Assembly: GCA_964016885.1 (NCBI GenBank)
Contig: OZ024747.1
Location: forward strand, 65,596,001-65,660,000
Direction: 5' to 3'
Length of the DNA stretch: 64,000 nucleotides
DNA from: Eledone cirrhosa
Taxonomy: Eukaryota
The notes beneath the pieces were generated by a model. That model saw nothing but the letters and a program-made list of their open reading frames with translations, searched no databases and was not told where the DNA came from. Positions 12,746 to 25,500 of this stretch are shown here, one piece after another. Position numbers and translations under genes: made by a program. How positions within the stretch are numbered: position 1 is the stretch's first letter; every line of letters starts with the position of its first letter.

Positions 12746-13061
12746 CTAAATCAGAAAAACAAACATTTATTCTAGCAAGATACAATATACACAGAATTCC
12801 ATAACAGAATTTCATTTACAAAACTTTGGGAAATCAAATGGTTGAAGACACAGGTTTAAGACACTGTGCAGTGAAATTGAACCTGAGAACAAAGACCTAA
12901 ATCAGAAGCAAACGTCTTACCCATTTGTTGTAAACATAATTTCTTTTTTTCTCTCATATTTTCATTTCCTTCAATTAAGAAAGAAAACTCTTTTCTTTAT
13001 TTGAAGATTGCAAGAAAAACATGGATAGGAAGTGAATTTGTAAATGGAGCTGGCCCTCTTG

Positions 13062-13200
13062 TGAGGCATGTGGCTTAATGGTTAGAGAACTGGATTTGCA
13101 ATCATGAGGTTGTGAGTTTGATTCCCAAGCCAAGCAAGGCATTATGTTCTTGAACAACACACTTTATTTCACATTGCTCCTTCTGCCAGGAGTTGCAACT
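13062..13200 (+). mobile_element. tRNA-derived SINE, 5' part
   Basis: gaggcatgtggcttaatggttagagaactggatttgcaatcatgaggttgtgagtttgattccc head followed by the shared central domain. Confidence 0.75.
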
Positions 13201-13997
13201 GGTAGATAGTATCAGCAATGGAAAGATCAATGGAAACATTGTTTCCTTGATGAAATTCTACCCTACTAAGTAAGTGAGTAGAGTCTGGGATCTTGTCAAT
13301 TAATTTGATCAATGGAGAGAAACTATTGTTGAGTGAACCCAGCTTTCTTTTAGATGTGGCCAAAGAAAGTTCTGAGATAAAATTATGAAGATTAAATTAA
13401 GATATGGTTACTTCAATCCATTTATTACTACATTTCTAATTAATTAATTAAGAATTTGGAAGGATTTACAATAATTATTGTTTCATTAAGATGATATTTG
13501 TAACATAACATAAGAAATGATTCATATAATGCTGGAAGATTTTAATTTAAATAGAAATCCTTCAAAATGAGTGAATTTGTTCCATAAAAACAATAAAAAC
13601 TCTGAGAGTGTTGGTATCAACAATTTTGTATCAAAGAATCAAAAGTAGTTTTAACCGGATTGAGCTGGATTAGATTGGTACAAAAAGGATTAGATTAATG
13701 TCAATAATGATAAAGCAGTGAAAGAGATAATACTGCAGGTGATATCTTTCAAATAACTAAAGCACAAGGACAAATTTGTTTTCAATGAGAAATCTTAGAT
13801 AATAGAATATAACCAAATATTGTACTGCTACATATTCTATAAATGTCTAAGGAAGATGGGGAGGGAAATGTAAAAGAAATACTGACAGAATTTGAACACA
13901 GATTATAGTGAAACAAAACTTAAATAGTGAAAGGTGCAGATAGATAGAAGTTCAAGTATATTTCAAGAATGTCAGCATTTTTCAATAAAATTCTTAA

Positions 13998-14451
13998 CCC
14001 TTCAGTGCCATATTTCTAATGAAAGACACTGTCAATAAAGTTCAAATAATTTTGAAAATGATCAGGAATTTCGAAGGATTTAGTAATACAACTACCTTTC
14101 TCCTTATTAACCCTTTAGCATTTACATAACTATTGTTTTCATGATAAAGGCTTTACCTTACATAATTATCTCACATAATATCAAATCTATGAGATTTTGA
14201 TCATATTTTGAGAACAATAAATTCACATAAGTATGAGCAGCAGGCTGTGGCTGGTTTGAACAGAAAGAGGTGAGAGAATTCTGGCCGGATACAGCCGGTT
14301 TAAATGCTAAAGGGTTAAACTGGTATTTGCAACAAAACTTAATACATAAGATTACGATGGAATGGAAGGTCTTTAGATATATATAAACATTTAAAAAAAG
14401 TTTTGTATTGCAGAACCATCAATGACCTCAGGCAGTTTGATATCAAAAGTG
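13998..14451. mobile_element. TTAA-flanked piggyBac-type MITE (family 2) with nested family-1 MITE
   Basis: TTAA|cccttcagtgcc ... gatatcaaaagtg|TTAA; interior similar to 20498-20736. Confidence 0.65.
14111..14314. mobile_element. piggyBac-type MITE (family 1, ~200 bp)
   Basis: TTAA|CCCTTTAGCATTTA ... TAAATGCTAAAGGG|TTAA: 14-bp perfect TIRs with TTAA TSD. Confidence 0.9.
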
Positions 14452-15659
14452 TTAATCACAATAATTATGCTTCAGTATATAACCGCAAAATATAAATTTA
14501 AAACATTTAATAACCAATAAAAATGTTATTTCAAAAATACAAAACCATTTCTATCCTGTTTTGTAATTTGCAATTTATTTTGTACTGCTTTTTTTTTTTG
14601 CTTTTTTTGTGGTGGTGGCAGGAGCGTTGGCGTAGGGTCTATTTTCACTTTCTTTTTGTTTCATAATACTTTTCTCTATTCAATATGACTTACATTTATC
14701 CTAATAAGTGTTTAAACATTCAGAAAAAAAAAAGTTATTGTCGAAGTTATTGTCGTTATAATTATTGTTCTTGTTATTTTGTTTCACCACCATAAAGTTG
14801 GAATTATTTTTCAATATATCAATATTATTTATCTTTTAGTGTAATAAATTCTCAATTGTAATTTGCACAGATATAATGATGGCAATGATGGTGATGATGA
14901 TGCTGCTGGTGATGATGATGGTGGTGGTGATTTCATCTAAAGATACAATGATAGTGGTGATGATTTCATATAAAGATAAGATAATGGTGATGATGATGAT
15001 TTCATATAAAAAGATATAACTATGATGATTTCATCTAAATTGCCTACAAATAACTAAAAAGATTTATGACTTGGCCAAGTAATGCACCACTGCACCATAG
15101 AGTTGAGCAAACTGTAGAAGAGTGAGCATATATATATACATATATATATTACAGACTTGACAACAAAGAATGTAAAGTCTTCTCTCTCTCTCCTATTTAT
15201 ACCTTCATTACTTTTTTAAGGAAAACATACAAAAACAATGCAATTTTAGAAAACAAATTTTTTCATTTTTTTTATAAAAATAATCACATTTTGTTTACAA
15301 TAGGAGGAAGTAGAAAAAAAGTTTGTTTTTTTTCTATTTCATATTTTATTTTATTTCTTGAACTAATGTTCAAACTAGTAATTATTGAATTCTATGCAAT
15401 ATCAGTAGACATAAATGTGTGTAACAAGTTAGTGTCAATAACTTACAAAGTTAAAACTAACAAAAAAAGAAGTCAAGAAAATGAAAAATAGGAAAATATG
15501 TAACAACCATAGTATGGAAAATATTTTAATCTATTTTAAATTGTCATTTAGTGTTGACTAATTGGACATAAAATTACTGGTGAAATACGAAAATAATTTA
15601 CACTGTAATGTTCATAGAATCCACACTGACAAAGAAAAAAAATCATGTATAGTTTAGTG

Positions 15660-16364
15660 CAGTGCTACTCAAAGTGGTGGTCCACGGACCAGTGCCGGTA
15701 CGCGAGCCATCAGCTACCGGTACGCAGTGAGTGTTCAGGCCATGCTAAGGAATCATTTGAGGAATTGGTAGAATCTAAGGAATTTCAGTATGGAATGTCA
15801 GTATGGAGCATAAATTGTTGGAGCTGGCTGCTGACAGAGGATTGAAGAGGAGTTTCGAAACTACAACATCACTTGGTTCATTTTGGATAAAAGTGAAAGC
15901 AGAATATCCTGAGCTTAGTGAAATTGCTCTGAAAACTCTTCTCCCATTTCCTTCAACATACCTCTGCGAGACTGGCTTCTCAACCATGAGTGTTATTAAG
16001 ATAAAGTAGAGGAATAATATGGATATTCATTCTCCATTGCGCGTGGCACTGTCCTCAATTGAACCACGACTGGATAAACTGACAAAAAAGAAGCAAGCTC
16101 ACCTTTCACACTAGTAAAGATTAAGGTTATATAATTTTTATTTTTGTGTTAATAAACTGCTTGTTATTTTTTTTATTACTTTTTTATATGTTTTGATATT
16201 TTATTATTTGTTTACAAAATAAATAGAAGATAAAAAAATGGTCAACTTTTATTATATTCATTATATATATCATTTCCGGTATAAATTACTACGAAATATT
16301 AGCGGTATGTGGCACATTGAAAAAAAAATGTAGTCCACCACATCAGATAGTTTGAGAAGCACTG
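15660..16364 (+). mobile_element. Non-autonomous hAT (Charlie/Buster type) deletion derivative retaining the C-terminal dimerisation domain
   Basis: TIRs CAGTGCTACTCAAA / TTTGAGAAGCACTG; 8-bp TSD gtttagtg/gtttagta with central TA; protein FWIKVKAEYPELSEIALKTLLPFPSTYLCETGFS...LRVALSSIEPRLDKL...QAHLSH. Confidence 0.92.
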
Positions 16365-16509
16365 GTTTAGTACATAGCAAACACATATATATGGTGTTCT
16401 CACAGAGGTGGAAGACAAACACAACTTTAATGTTGGGTGTGAAGGTGGAGGATCTTTGGTTGTGGGTCCAGAAATGACTGGTGAGGCAAATCCAAGATGG
16501 GAAACTACA

Positions 16510-16705
16510 CCCACATGAGAAGCACATGTGGGTGAGTGCTGCAATATACAGTGAATACCCACATGAGGAGCACATGTGGGTTAGTGCTGCAATATACAGT
16601 GAATACCCACATGAGGAGCACATGTGGGTTAGTGCTGCAATATACAGCGAATACCCACATGAGAAGCACATGTGAGTGCTGCAATATACAGCAAATACCC
16701 ACATG
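16510..16705 (+). repeat. 48-bp minisatellite, 4 copies, each with an 8-bp inverted repeat
   Basis: Unit cccacatgaggagcacatgtgggttagtgctgcaatatacagtgaata; cccacatg and catgtggg are complementary. Confidence 0.92.
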
Positions 16706-16957
16706 TTGTAATATAAAGCAAAGACATGGTTATAATATATTATGTGGAGGGTGGCCTGGTCAATAAAAGGTTCACTAGCAGAAGAGATAAACTTTATAAA
16801 AGACATATTTCCCACTGTCCTAGCCTGCTACTTTATTTATTGATCCCAAAAAAAGGATGACTGACAAAGTTGACCTCAGTGGTATTTTAACTCAGGGATC
16901 TGGAACAAACACTGCAAAGCATTTAATCCAATGACTCTACAAATTATTCCCCACTTA

Positions 16958-17045
16958 GCACCCCTTTGTCTTATGTACTCCCCCACCACCACACACCCCT
17001 TTGTCTTATGTACTCCCCCACCACACACCCCTTTGTCTTATACTA
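16958..17045 (+). repeat. Short tandem repeat, 36-bp unit, ~2.5 copies
   Basis: cacccctttgtcttatgtactcccc repeated. Confidence 0.8.
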
Positions 17046-17281
17046 AACAACTCTTGGCCCAACTTGGTATATGTACAACTATCTCCCCAAAAAGAAAAAA
17101 AATGGAGCAAACATGTTTTTAAAAGGTTAACACTCTCCAAGTCACTTTGGTCAATAGCAGCCAAATCTCTCCTAAAATACAATCTTGGAACTAACTAACT
17201 GAAGGCCACACAATATGTAGTTCTAGATTCACTGGATCTGAACAAAAAAAAGATGGTCATGGTTAGAAAACATTTGATGAT

Positions 17282-18655
17282 CAAGTAAACTTACTTGATC
17301 ATAGCTGACCTGGGGTTAAACAACAACAAGCAAACCTACTTGATCATAGTTGGCATAGGGTTAGACAACAAGAAGTAAACCTACTAGATCATAGCTGGCC
17401 TGGGGCTAAACAACAAGTAAACCTACTTGATCATTGCTGGCCTGGGGTTAAACAACAAGTAAACCTACTTGATCATAGCTGGCCTGGGCTTAAACAACAA
17501 GTAAACCTACTTGATCATAGCTGACCTGGGGTTAGACAACAAGAAGTAAACCTACTTGATCATAGCTGGCCTGGGGCTAAACAACAAGTAAACCTACTTG
17601 ATCATAGCTGACCTGGGGTTAAACAACAAGTAAACCTACTTGATCATAGCTGGCCTGGGGCTAAACAACAAGTAAACCTACTTGATCATAGCTGACCTGG
17701 GGTTAAACAACAAGTAAACCTACTTGATCATAGCTGGCCTGAGGTTAAACAATAAGTAAACTTACTTGATCATAGCTGACCTGGGGTTAAACAACAAGTA
17801 AACCTACTTGATCATAGCTGACCTGGGGTTAAACAACAAGTAAACCTACTTGATCATAGCTGGCCTGGGGTTAAACAACGAGTAAACCTACTTGATCATA
17901 GCTGACCTGGGGTTAAACAACAAGTAAACCTACTTGATCATAGCTGACCTGGGGTTAAACAACAAGTAAACCTACTTGATCATAGCTGGCCTGAGGTTAA
18001 ACAATAAGTAAACTTACTTGATCATAGCTGACCTGGGGTTAAACAACAAGTAAACCTACTTGATCATAGCTGGCCTGGGGTTAAACAACAACAAGTAAAC
18101 GTACTTGATCATAGCTGACCTGGGGTTAAACAACAACAAGTAAACCTACTTGATCATAGCTGACCTGGGGTTAAACAACAAGTAGACCTACTTGATCATA
18201 GCTGGCCTGGGCTAAACAACAACAAGTAAACTTACTTGATCATAGCTTGCCTAGAGTTAAACAACAAGTAAACCTACTTGATCATAGCTGGCCTAGGGTT
18301 AAACAACAACAGGTAAACCTACTTAGCCGACCTGGGATTAAACAACAAGTAAACGTACTTAATCATAGCTGACCTGGGGTTAAACAACAACAAGTAAACA
18401 TACTTGATCATAGCTGACCTGGGGTTAAACAACAACAAGTAAACCTACTTGACCATTGCTGGCCTGGGGTTAAACAACAAGTAAACCTACTTGATCATAG
18501 CTGGCCTGGGGTTAAACAACAAATAAACCTACTTAACTGACCTGGGGTTAAACAACAACAAGTAAACCTACTTGATCATTGCTGGCCTGGGGTTAAACAA
18601 CAACAAGTAAACCTACTTTATCATAGCTGACCTAAGGCTAATCAACAACAAGTAA
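17282..18655 (+). repeat. 42-45-bp minisatellite, roughly 30 copies
   Basis: Unit aagtaaacctacttgatcatagctg(g/a)cctggggttaaac(aac)1-2; no unique spacers. Confidence 0.97.
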
Positions 18656-18770
18656 CTGACTAAATTTAATTACTAATTAATTACTAATTTTAAGATGGTA
18701 TTTACTGTTTTATTTATTTGCTTTTCATAAACCAGTAAATAAATTGTTCAAACAAAAAATCTTGTTTTAA

Positions 18771-19237
18771 CCCTTTAGCCTTTACATTACTCTATATATA
18801 CTATTGTATTTTCATGGTAAAGACTTTACCTCACATAATTATCTCACATAATATTGAATCTATGAGATTTTGATGCTATTTATTTTGAGAACAATTATCA
18901 TCATCATCATCATCAACGTTTAACGTCCGTGTTCCACGCTTGCATGGGTTTGGACGGGGGTAGTCCCACTTGAGGCAAGAGTGATTGTCTTGCTCGCATA
19001 GGAGTGTCTGGCAGGTTTTCTACAGTTGGATGCCCTTCCTAACACCAACCACATTTACAGTGTGGGGCTGGGAGGTTTTTACCGTGTTGCCTACACGGCC
19101 ACATTACAGCGTGGACTGTGTGTTTTTTTGTCGTGACACCTACCTTAACATAAGTATGAGTGGCCAGTTACAGCCAGTTTGAAGAGAAAGAGGTGAGAGA
19201 ATTCTGGCCGGATATGGCCGGTTTAAGTGCTAAAGGG
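18771..19237. mobile_element. piggyBac-type MITE family 1 interrupted by an RTE 3'-UTR insertion (~18896-19141, minus strand)
   Basis: TTAA|ccctttagcc ... gtgctaaaggg|TTAA; the insert closely matches the reverse complement of 44285-44533. Confidence 0.88.
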
Positions 19238-19284
19238 TTAAAATGACCAAAATCATTCCAATTCTGATATAAAAATCTACTTAC

Positions 19285-19514
19285 TCATATGTAAACCTCT
19301 GGATTTTCATTAGTAAATTCTTTATGATAATACATTTAGTATATTCCATTCCTGTAATCCATTTCTTCCATTCTATTGGGGATGATAGTTCTACACCACA
19401 TTTCTTAATAGTATTTTTGGCTTTGGAAACACAAGGTTGTGTTTCTTTAACGATACAATGTCCCAAATGCTTTACCTCATGATTCCTTATTAAAGCAACT
19501 GGCATTTTTACAGC
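19285..19514 (-). CDS. CFAP65: CFAP65/CCDC108-like gene, first visible coding exon (probable ATG at 19505)
   Basis: Minus-strand acceptor ttttttctcattccAG, donor GTaagt. Reads AVKMPVALIRNHEV...KKCGVELSSPIEWKKWITGMEYTKCIIIKNLLMKIQRFTY, resembling recalled vertebrate CFAP65 [38 protein letters not shown]. Ends in phase 2 and joins the next exon in frame. Confidence 0.85.
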
Positions 19515-20187
19515 CTGGAATGAGAAAAAACTTTACAGTTAATTTTATTAAAAAATTACATTTGATTTACTCAAAGGGAAAAACAATTTTTACAAAGATC
19601 CAGAAAGTTAACACAAACTAATTAAAAACCAGATTACATAAACTAATTACAGCAATAAACTCAAATAGGAACTTTTTATTTTCCCCATATGTACATGCTT
19701 TTTATTTTCTCCCATGGGTACATGCTGAAGCATATAAACAATATGCCCCCACACCCCCCACCGCAAGGTGGTCGTGGAGGTGCCACGGCAAAAAAGCACC
19801 CAGCCCACACTGTAAAGTGGACGTGTAGGCGCCACGAAAAAGCACCCAGCACTCACTGTAAATGAGGTTGGTGTTAGGAAGGGCATCCAGCTGTAGAAAT
19901 CAAGCCAGATCAGTTCCTGTATGAGCAAGGCATGGTCAGCCGACCAGACACTGCACACAACAGGACAACCCGTCTAACCCATGCTAGCGTGGAAGAACGG
20001 ACGTAAAATGGTGATGATGATGATGATGATGATGATATCAAAGAACAATTAATCTCAACACACATACATGAAATGGATCTCTATCAATTTCGATGATGAG
20101 TCTTCCAGTTGTTCAACCAATGAAGCAGCCTGCTTATGAAATTAATGTGTAAATAGCTCAGCATTCCATAGTCAGATTTACTCTTAA

Positions 20188-20381
20188 CCCTTTAGCATTT
20201 ACATTACTTTTTATATACTATTGTATTTTTGTGGTAAAGGCTAATCTCACATAATATCGAATTTATGAGATTTTGATGTTATTTATTTTGAGAACAATAC
20301 CTTAATAGCCAGTACAGAGGGTTTGAACAGAAAGAGGTGAGCGAATTCTGGCTAGATATGGCCAGTTTAAATGCTAAAGGG
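20188..20381. mobile_element. piggyBac-type MITE family 1
   Basis: TTAA|ccctttagcattta ... taaatgctaaaggg|TTAA. Confidence 0.9.
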
Positions 20382-20497
20382 TTAATGTAATTCTGAGGGA
20401 GATTCAGTGTAACACAACATGCGACAAAACTGACCTTTTGAATTATATGATAGATTTTTAGATGAAATATATACAGAGGCAATATTGAAAAGGTTAA

Positions 20498-20736
20498 CCC
20501 TTTCATGACTGCATTTCTAATGAAATACATTCTATTTTAATTAGTTAATTAGTTAATGAAGAATTTTGAGGGATTTATTAAAATTATTATTTCATTACTA
20601 AGACAGTAACTTAATGTAAGATTCTTATATAAAATTATGTTGTTGGAAGATTTGAATTTAAATTGGAACCCTTTAAAGTGGGTGACTTTATTTCATAGGA
20701 CCAGAGCCAGTTTTGGTTGGGTTTTTAACAAAAGGG
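20498..20736. mobile_element. piggyBac-type MITE family 2
   Basis: TTAA|cccttt ... aaaggg|TTAA; interior shared with the 13998-14451 and 5238-5464 copies. Confidence 0.7.
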
Positions 20737-21584
20737 TTAAACAAAATCAGGATGATACAGTGTGACAAGGCTGACCTTTTGAAGTACAAATATGATCCAC
20801 CTGGTGGGCTTCCATCTACACTTAATGGTGAGATTGAACCCGAAATCTTATAATTGCAAGTCATGATCTAACTAACCTACAATAAAATAATGATCACCGT
20901 GGTTACTAGAAAAAAAAAAAAAAATAAAACAATTCTTGAGACCAAATAATATTTATTTCTTTTTAAAAATCGTTTTAAATGAGATGAGGCTGTTTCTAGT
21001 TGAGCAAATGTCTAGCATAAAGTGTTATTATATTCTGTGAGAAGCATATTTATCAAGAGTGCCGTTGACATAAATGTCGTTAGAATATAGTGATAAATCA
21101 AAATAATAAACAAACAACAACAATGACATGAAACCAATATCAATTTTCTATTTTCTAGACAATTCTTATGAATAACTTTCTCCATCAAATGTCCTTCCCA
21201 ATTGATTTTAGATATATTTGATAGAAATAAAAAATATTATATATTTTAAATGTTTCATAGAAATAAAATAAGTAAATGCGCAAAATTTCAAAAAAATAAA
21301 ATATAAAATAAAGTAAAAATTAAATTAACTACCAATTTCTTTTTTTTTTTTGTTTCTTTTTTTAAATCAATGTTTAATGTCAGGTCAGATGTTCTCAAAT
21401 ACAAAATAACTTAATCAGTGCCAATCATTTTACTAGTGATCTATGCATGATTTTACTTTGAGTTCTAATTCCACCACAGTAACTTTGCTTTTCAATCAAA
21501 TTTCCCCACCTCACCTCTTAAAAAATATGTTGGCCTTGTGTCTAAATTGGAAACCATTATTATTGTTGACTTGTGGGTTTATGT

Positions 21585-21990
21585 CAAACACCTACTGTAG
21601 CATGTAGGACAAATCTGGTTATCAGCTGAGTCCATTGTGAAGATTGTTCCACCACCTTCCTTTAGTCAGGAAGGGCAGGCTGTTTTTATCTGTTTTTACT
21701 CTGAGTGTGAGCCTGTAGATTGGAGAAGAACAACTGGGACAGGGCACTTACCCTAGAGATCAGGGCACCCATGATTGTATGGGTTTTTTTCCATGAGTGA
21801 CCCTTGAACGTCTCCTTTCTATTGAGAAATCTTTGTCTTAATTTTTATTGTTATCTTTCTTTTTTAACATTGTTAAAATTTGTTTACATACAAAACCCAC
21901 ACACACATACACTATGTTTTTGTCCTGTGTCATCATAATGTTGTTTTTATGTAAACCCATTGTGGTTAATAAAGAAATCATTATTATTAT
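21585..21990 (+). mobile_element. Older, internally deleted 3' fragment of the Tx1/L1-like family
   Basis: gcatgtaggac...gttatcagctgagtccattgtgaagat...gggcaggctgtttttatctg aligns with 25055-25150; same end ttgtgg..aataaagaaatcattattatt. Confidence 0.8.
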
Positions 21991-22547
21991 TAAAGGGATG
22001 TGGATTATCATTATCGGTAGAGTGTCCGACAAAATGCTTTGCAGGATAGAGTTAAAGCCCTTTACATTCTGATTTCAAATCCCACCAAGGTTATCTTTGC
22101 CTTTCATCCTTACGGTGTTGATAAAAATTAAGTACCATGGTTGGCATTGGGAAGGGTATCCTGCCATAGAAAACCAACCCCTAAACAGATCGAATGAGCA
22201 AGACCTAGTTACCTAACTAGTCTAATTTCTTAACAGGATAGCCTATCTAATTCATGCAAGCATAGAAAACAGGCCTTAAACAGTGACGATGATACATAGA
22301 CAGACAACAATATAAATGATAATCTGTTCTCCATTTTACAATTCTTTCTCTCCAAGAATCTTCTGGAGACTGTACAGATGTTTTTTTACCAAAATTCTGA
22401 CCAAGAAAATTGATAAGAAATATTTTCTCTCTAGCCATAATAGAATAAAAAATATAAAAGATATAAATATAAATAAAAAATATTTTAATAACCAGTTTTT
22501 CTTTTCTTTTTGATTATTATTGTTATTATTATTAAAATAAGTATACA

Positions 22548-25500
22548 TTGGATCGTATCTCGATAGGGTATTCTGCAGAGAACTAGATAAGGCTAGTATA
22601 AGTTGTCCACAATTTAAAATAGTCGACTACACAGACTATAAATTTGTGATCTGTGAGATCGACATAGACAGACTTCATAGACAAGGGCCTGGTTACTGGA
22701 AGCTGAACGCGCCTTTCCCGGCGCGCAAAGCCTACAGAGACCGAATTAGCATATTAGTTAAGCGGGCATTGACGGGAGCAGTCATCAACAACAGGTGGTG
22801 GTTCACCCTGAAAAGGGCAATTAAAGTAGAGTTGATTAGGTTTAGCAAAGGACTAGTGATAGAAGAAAATAGAGTAGAGGGATGCTAGTCAGAGAGCTAG
22901 AAGAGGCGTTTAGGACAGGCATCGCAACCGACGTGCTTGCGGCGAGATTGGCACTCGACCAATTCTTCAACGCAAAACACGAAGGTTTCGTTGTCAGAGC
23001 TAGAGCGCGTGCTCTGAAACATGAGGGGACAAAAGCTGTCCAATGGGCCCGGGTGGAAAAGGCGCGACGTGGCAACAAAGCCATAATTCGGTCTTTGTCT
23101 GATCAAAACGGGCACATGTTGCTTGAACCCGAGCAGATGTGTGAAGCTTTTCAGTAGCACTTTGCTGAACTGTTCGGGAGCAGCGGCGGGCCGGATCGGG
23201 GAATGGACTTAAGTGCATACCTCGATGGACTGCCTCGGCTCTCGATGACCGCAGCACAGTGTTGCGAAAAGCCAATAACAGCCAGTGAAATACGGGAAGC
23301 GATGGCTAGCTGCACGAGGGGTAAATCGCCAGGTTTGGATGGTCTGCCCTACGAGCTTTATGCATTTATGCCAGACTTGTGTGGTGATCTCTTAGCAGAC
23401 ATCTACTGCAACTGGCAACAGAATGGGAGCATTCCTAGTTTTGTGAGCCGGGGAGCGGTGGTGCTGCTGAGAAAAGACCCGAACAAGGGGGATGTTATCG
23501 ATAACTTCAGGTCTATAACCCTGCTAAACGCAGAGTTCAAGATTTTGGCCAAGGTGTTAGCAACAAAGTTGGCGCTTGTCGTCAAGGGTCTGGTGGGAGA
23601 GGCGCAGACATGCACCATTCCGGACAGATCCATACACGACAACCTCCACCTCATACGATACATCATAGAGAGGCTGGTTAAGGAACCTGGCACGGGTGGA
23701 GCCCTAATCAACTTGGATCAATCCAAAGCATTCGATAGGGTCGACCATCGGTACCTGGCGGCGGTCCTCGAGGCAGCCGTTTTCGGGCCCGTTTTCAGGG
23801 GTTGGATCGCAGCGATGTACAGCGACATCTACTCAGTTGTGAGGGTGAACAGTCACCTGTCGCAGCCGTTCAGCATCATGCGCTCGGTCCGTCAGGGTTG
23901 TCCCCTCTTGTTCCTCTTGTACGTATTGGCTCTCGAGCCATTACTGCACAAACTGGGAGCAATGAGGGGCGTCCCACGCGAACTAGGATGCAGGAAATCC
24001 GAGTCGGCTTACGCCGACGATGTCACCGTGGTGGTGTCGAGCACCAGACATGTCCAGATGCTCGGCACCGCTCTCAAGGAATACGAAGCGGTGACAGGAG
24101 CAAAGATAAACCAGGAAAAGTCAGTGGGCTTGCAGCTCGGCACCTGGAGAGGCAATTCCATGCCGTCCGACAGGGCGTGGGGCGTTGGACGGACGGACCG
24201 GTTAAATTGCTCGGGGTCTGGTTCGGACCGGACCTCCAGATGGAGAAAAACTGGAACGAGGTGACGAGCAAGGTGGCCTCTCTCACCCAGAAATGGGCCG
24301 AGAGGAAGCTGTCCCTGAAAGGCCGGGCGGAGGTGGCGAATGCGTACATCGCATCCATCATCTGCTACCACCTCACCGTCGTCCCTTGCTCCGGCCCAAC
24401 TCTCACCAAAATGGAGCGCCTCGTCTTCTGCTTTTTGTGGAAGGGACACGCTCCCATGGTCAGACAATCCATCTGCTGTCAACACCCGTTGCGTGGAGGA
24501 CTGGGCATGCCATGGTTGATAATGCGCAAACATGCGCTGAGGCTGCGACATCTCTGGTGCTTCCTTGACGGTGAACAGGTGTGGTCGCCGTTTGCCAGGC
24601 ACATTTTCCCACAGCTCGTCTCCTTGATGGAGCTGCAGTCTTGGATCAGAAAAAGACCGAGGGATAGCGCTTGGAAACTGGAATGTCTCCAGGCACTCAC
24701 TGCCCTCTGCCAGCTGGGCACCAGTATCAGTGGAACATCCACCTCGCCGTTCTATAGAGGACTAGTGGAGGGGAAGAGCGACAACGTTCTCGGAGAGATC
24801 CTGGGCGTCGAAGAAGATCAGCTGTTTGCTCTCTTTCGGAGAACTTTCAGCCCAGGGCCTATGGATAACTTCCAAAAATCCCTGGCCTGGCAGTGTTACT
24901 GGGGAGCGCTGCCGGTTCAAGATAAGCTCTACAGGCACAGAAGTGCCGTCAGCTGAGCCTGTCCAAGATCCGCGCAGAGCGACGAAACCGTCATGAACAC
25001 ACTTGTTCAGTGCCCGAGCATTGCTGACTTGTGGAGCTATGTTGAACAGTTGCTGTTGCATGTAGGACTGATCCAGTTATCGACTGAGTCCATTGTGCAG
25101 ATGGTCTCGCCGTCTTCCTTCGAGGAGGGAGGGCAGGCGGTTTTTATCTGCCTGGTGGCCATGGCGAAAGAGATTGTGTGGTGGACAAGGTTGAAAGGGT
25201 TAAAGACAGACACTTTCCTCTTCGGCGAATCCCTAATTAACTTTTTCAAGTTTCACTTGAAGAGGAAAATCAGGGTGGAGAGGCAAGTGCTGTCTTCTAG
25301 CAAGTTTGTTGAAAGGTGGGTAAATGTAGCGAGAATGGTCTGAGTGAACAGGACCGCTCTGAATATACGCTTGTAGTTTGAGAAATGGAAAAATTGAGAG
25401 AGGGTGCTTGCCCTGGTGGTCAGGGTGGCCGTGGTCTTTTGTGTGGTTTTTCGCCACGAGTAACCCTCAGAGGTTTCCCCCACTATTGGGGAATTTTTCA

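Noticed and set aside
17282-18655. CRISPR-like array of ~42-bp repeats with hairpins
   Set aside because: Units are head-to-tail with no unique spacers, no cas genes are present, and the context is eukaryotic.
23000-25061. Multiple antisense ORFs over the Tx1 element (likewise over the RTE and CR1 elements)
   Set aside because: Shadow ORFs of GC-richer LINE coding sequence.
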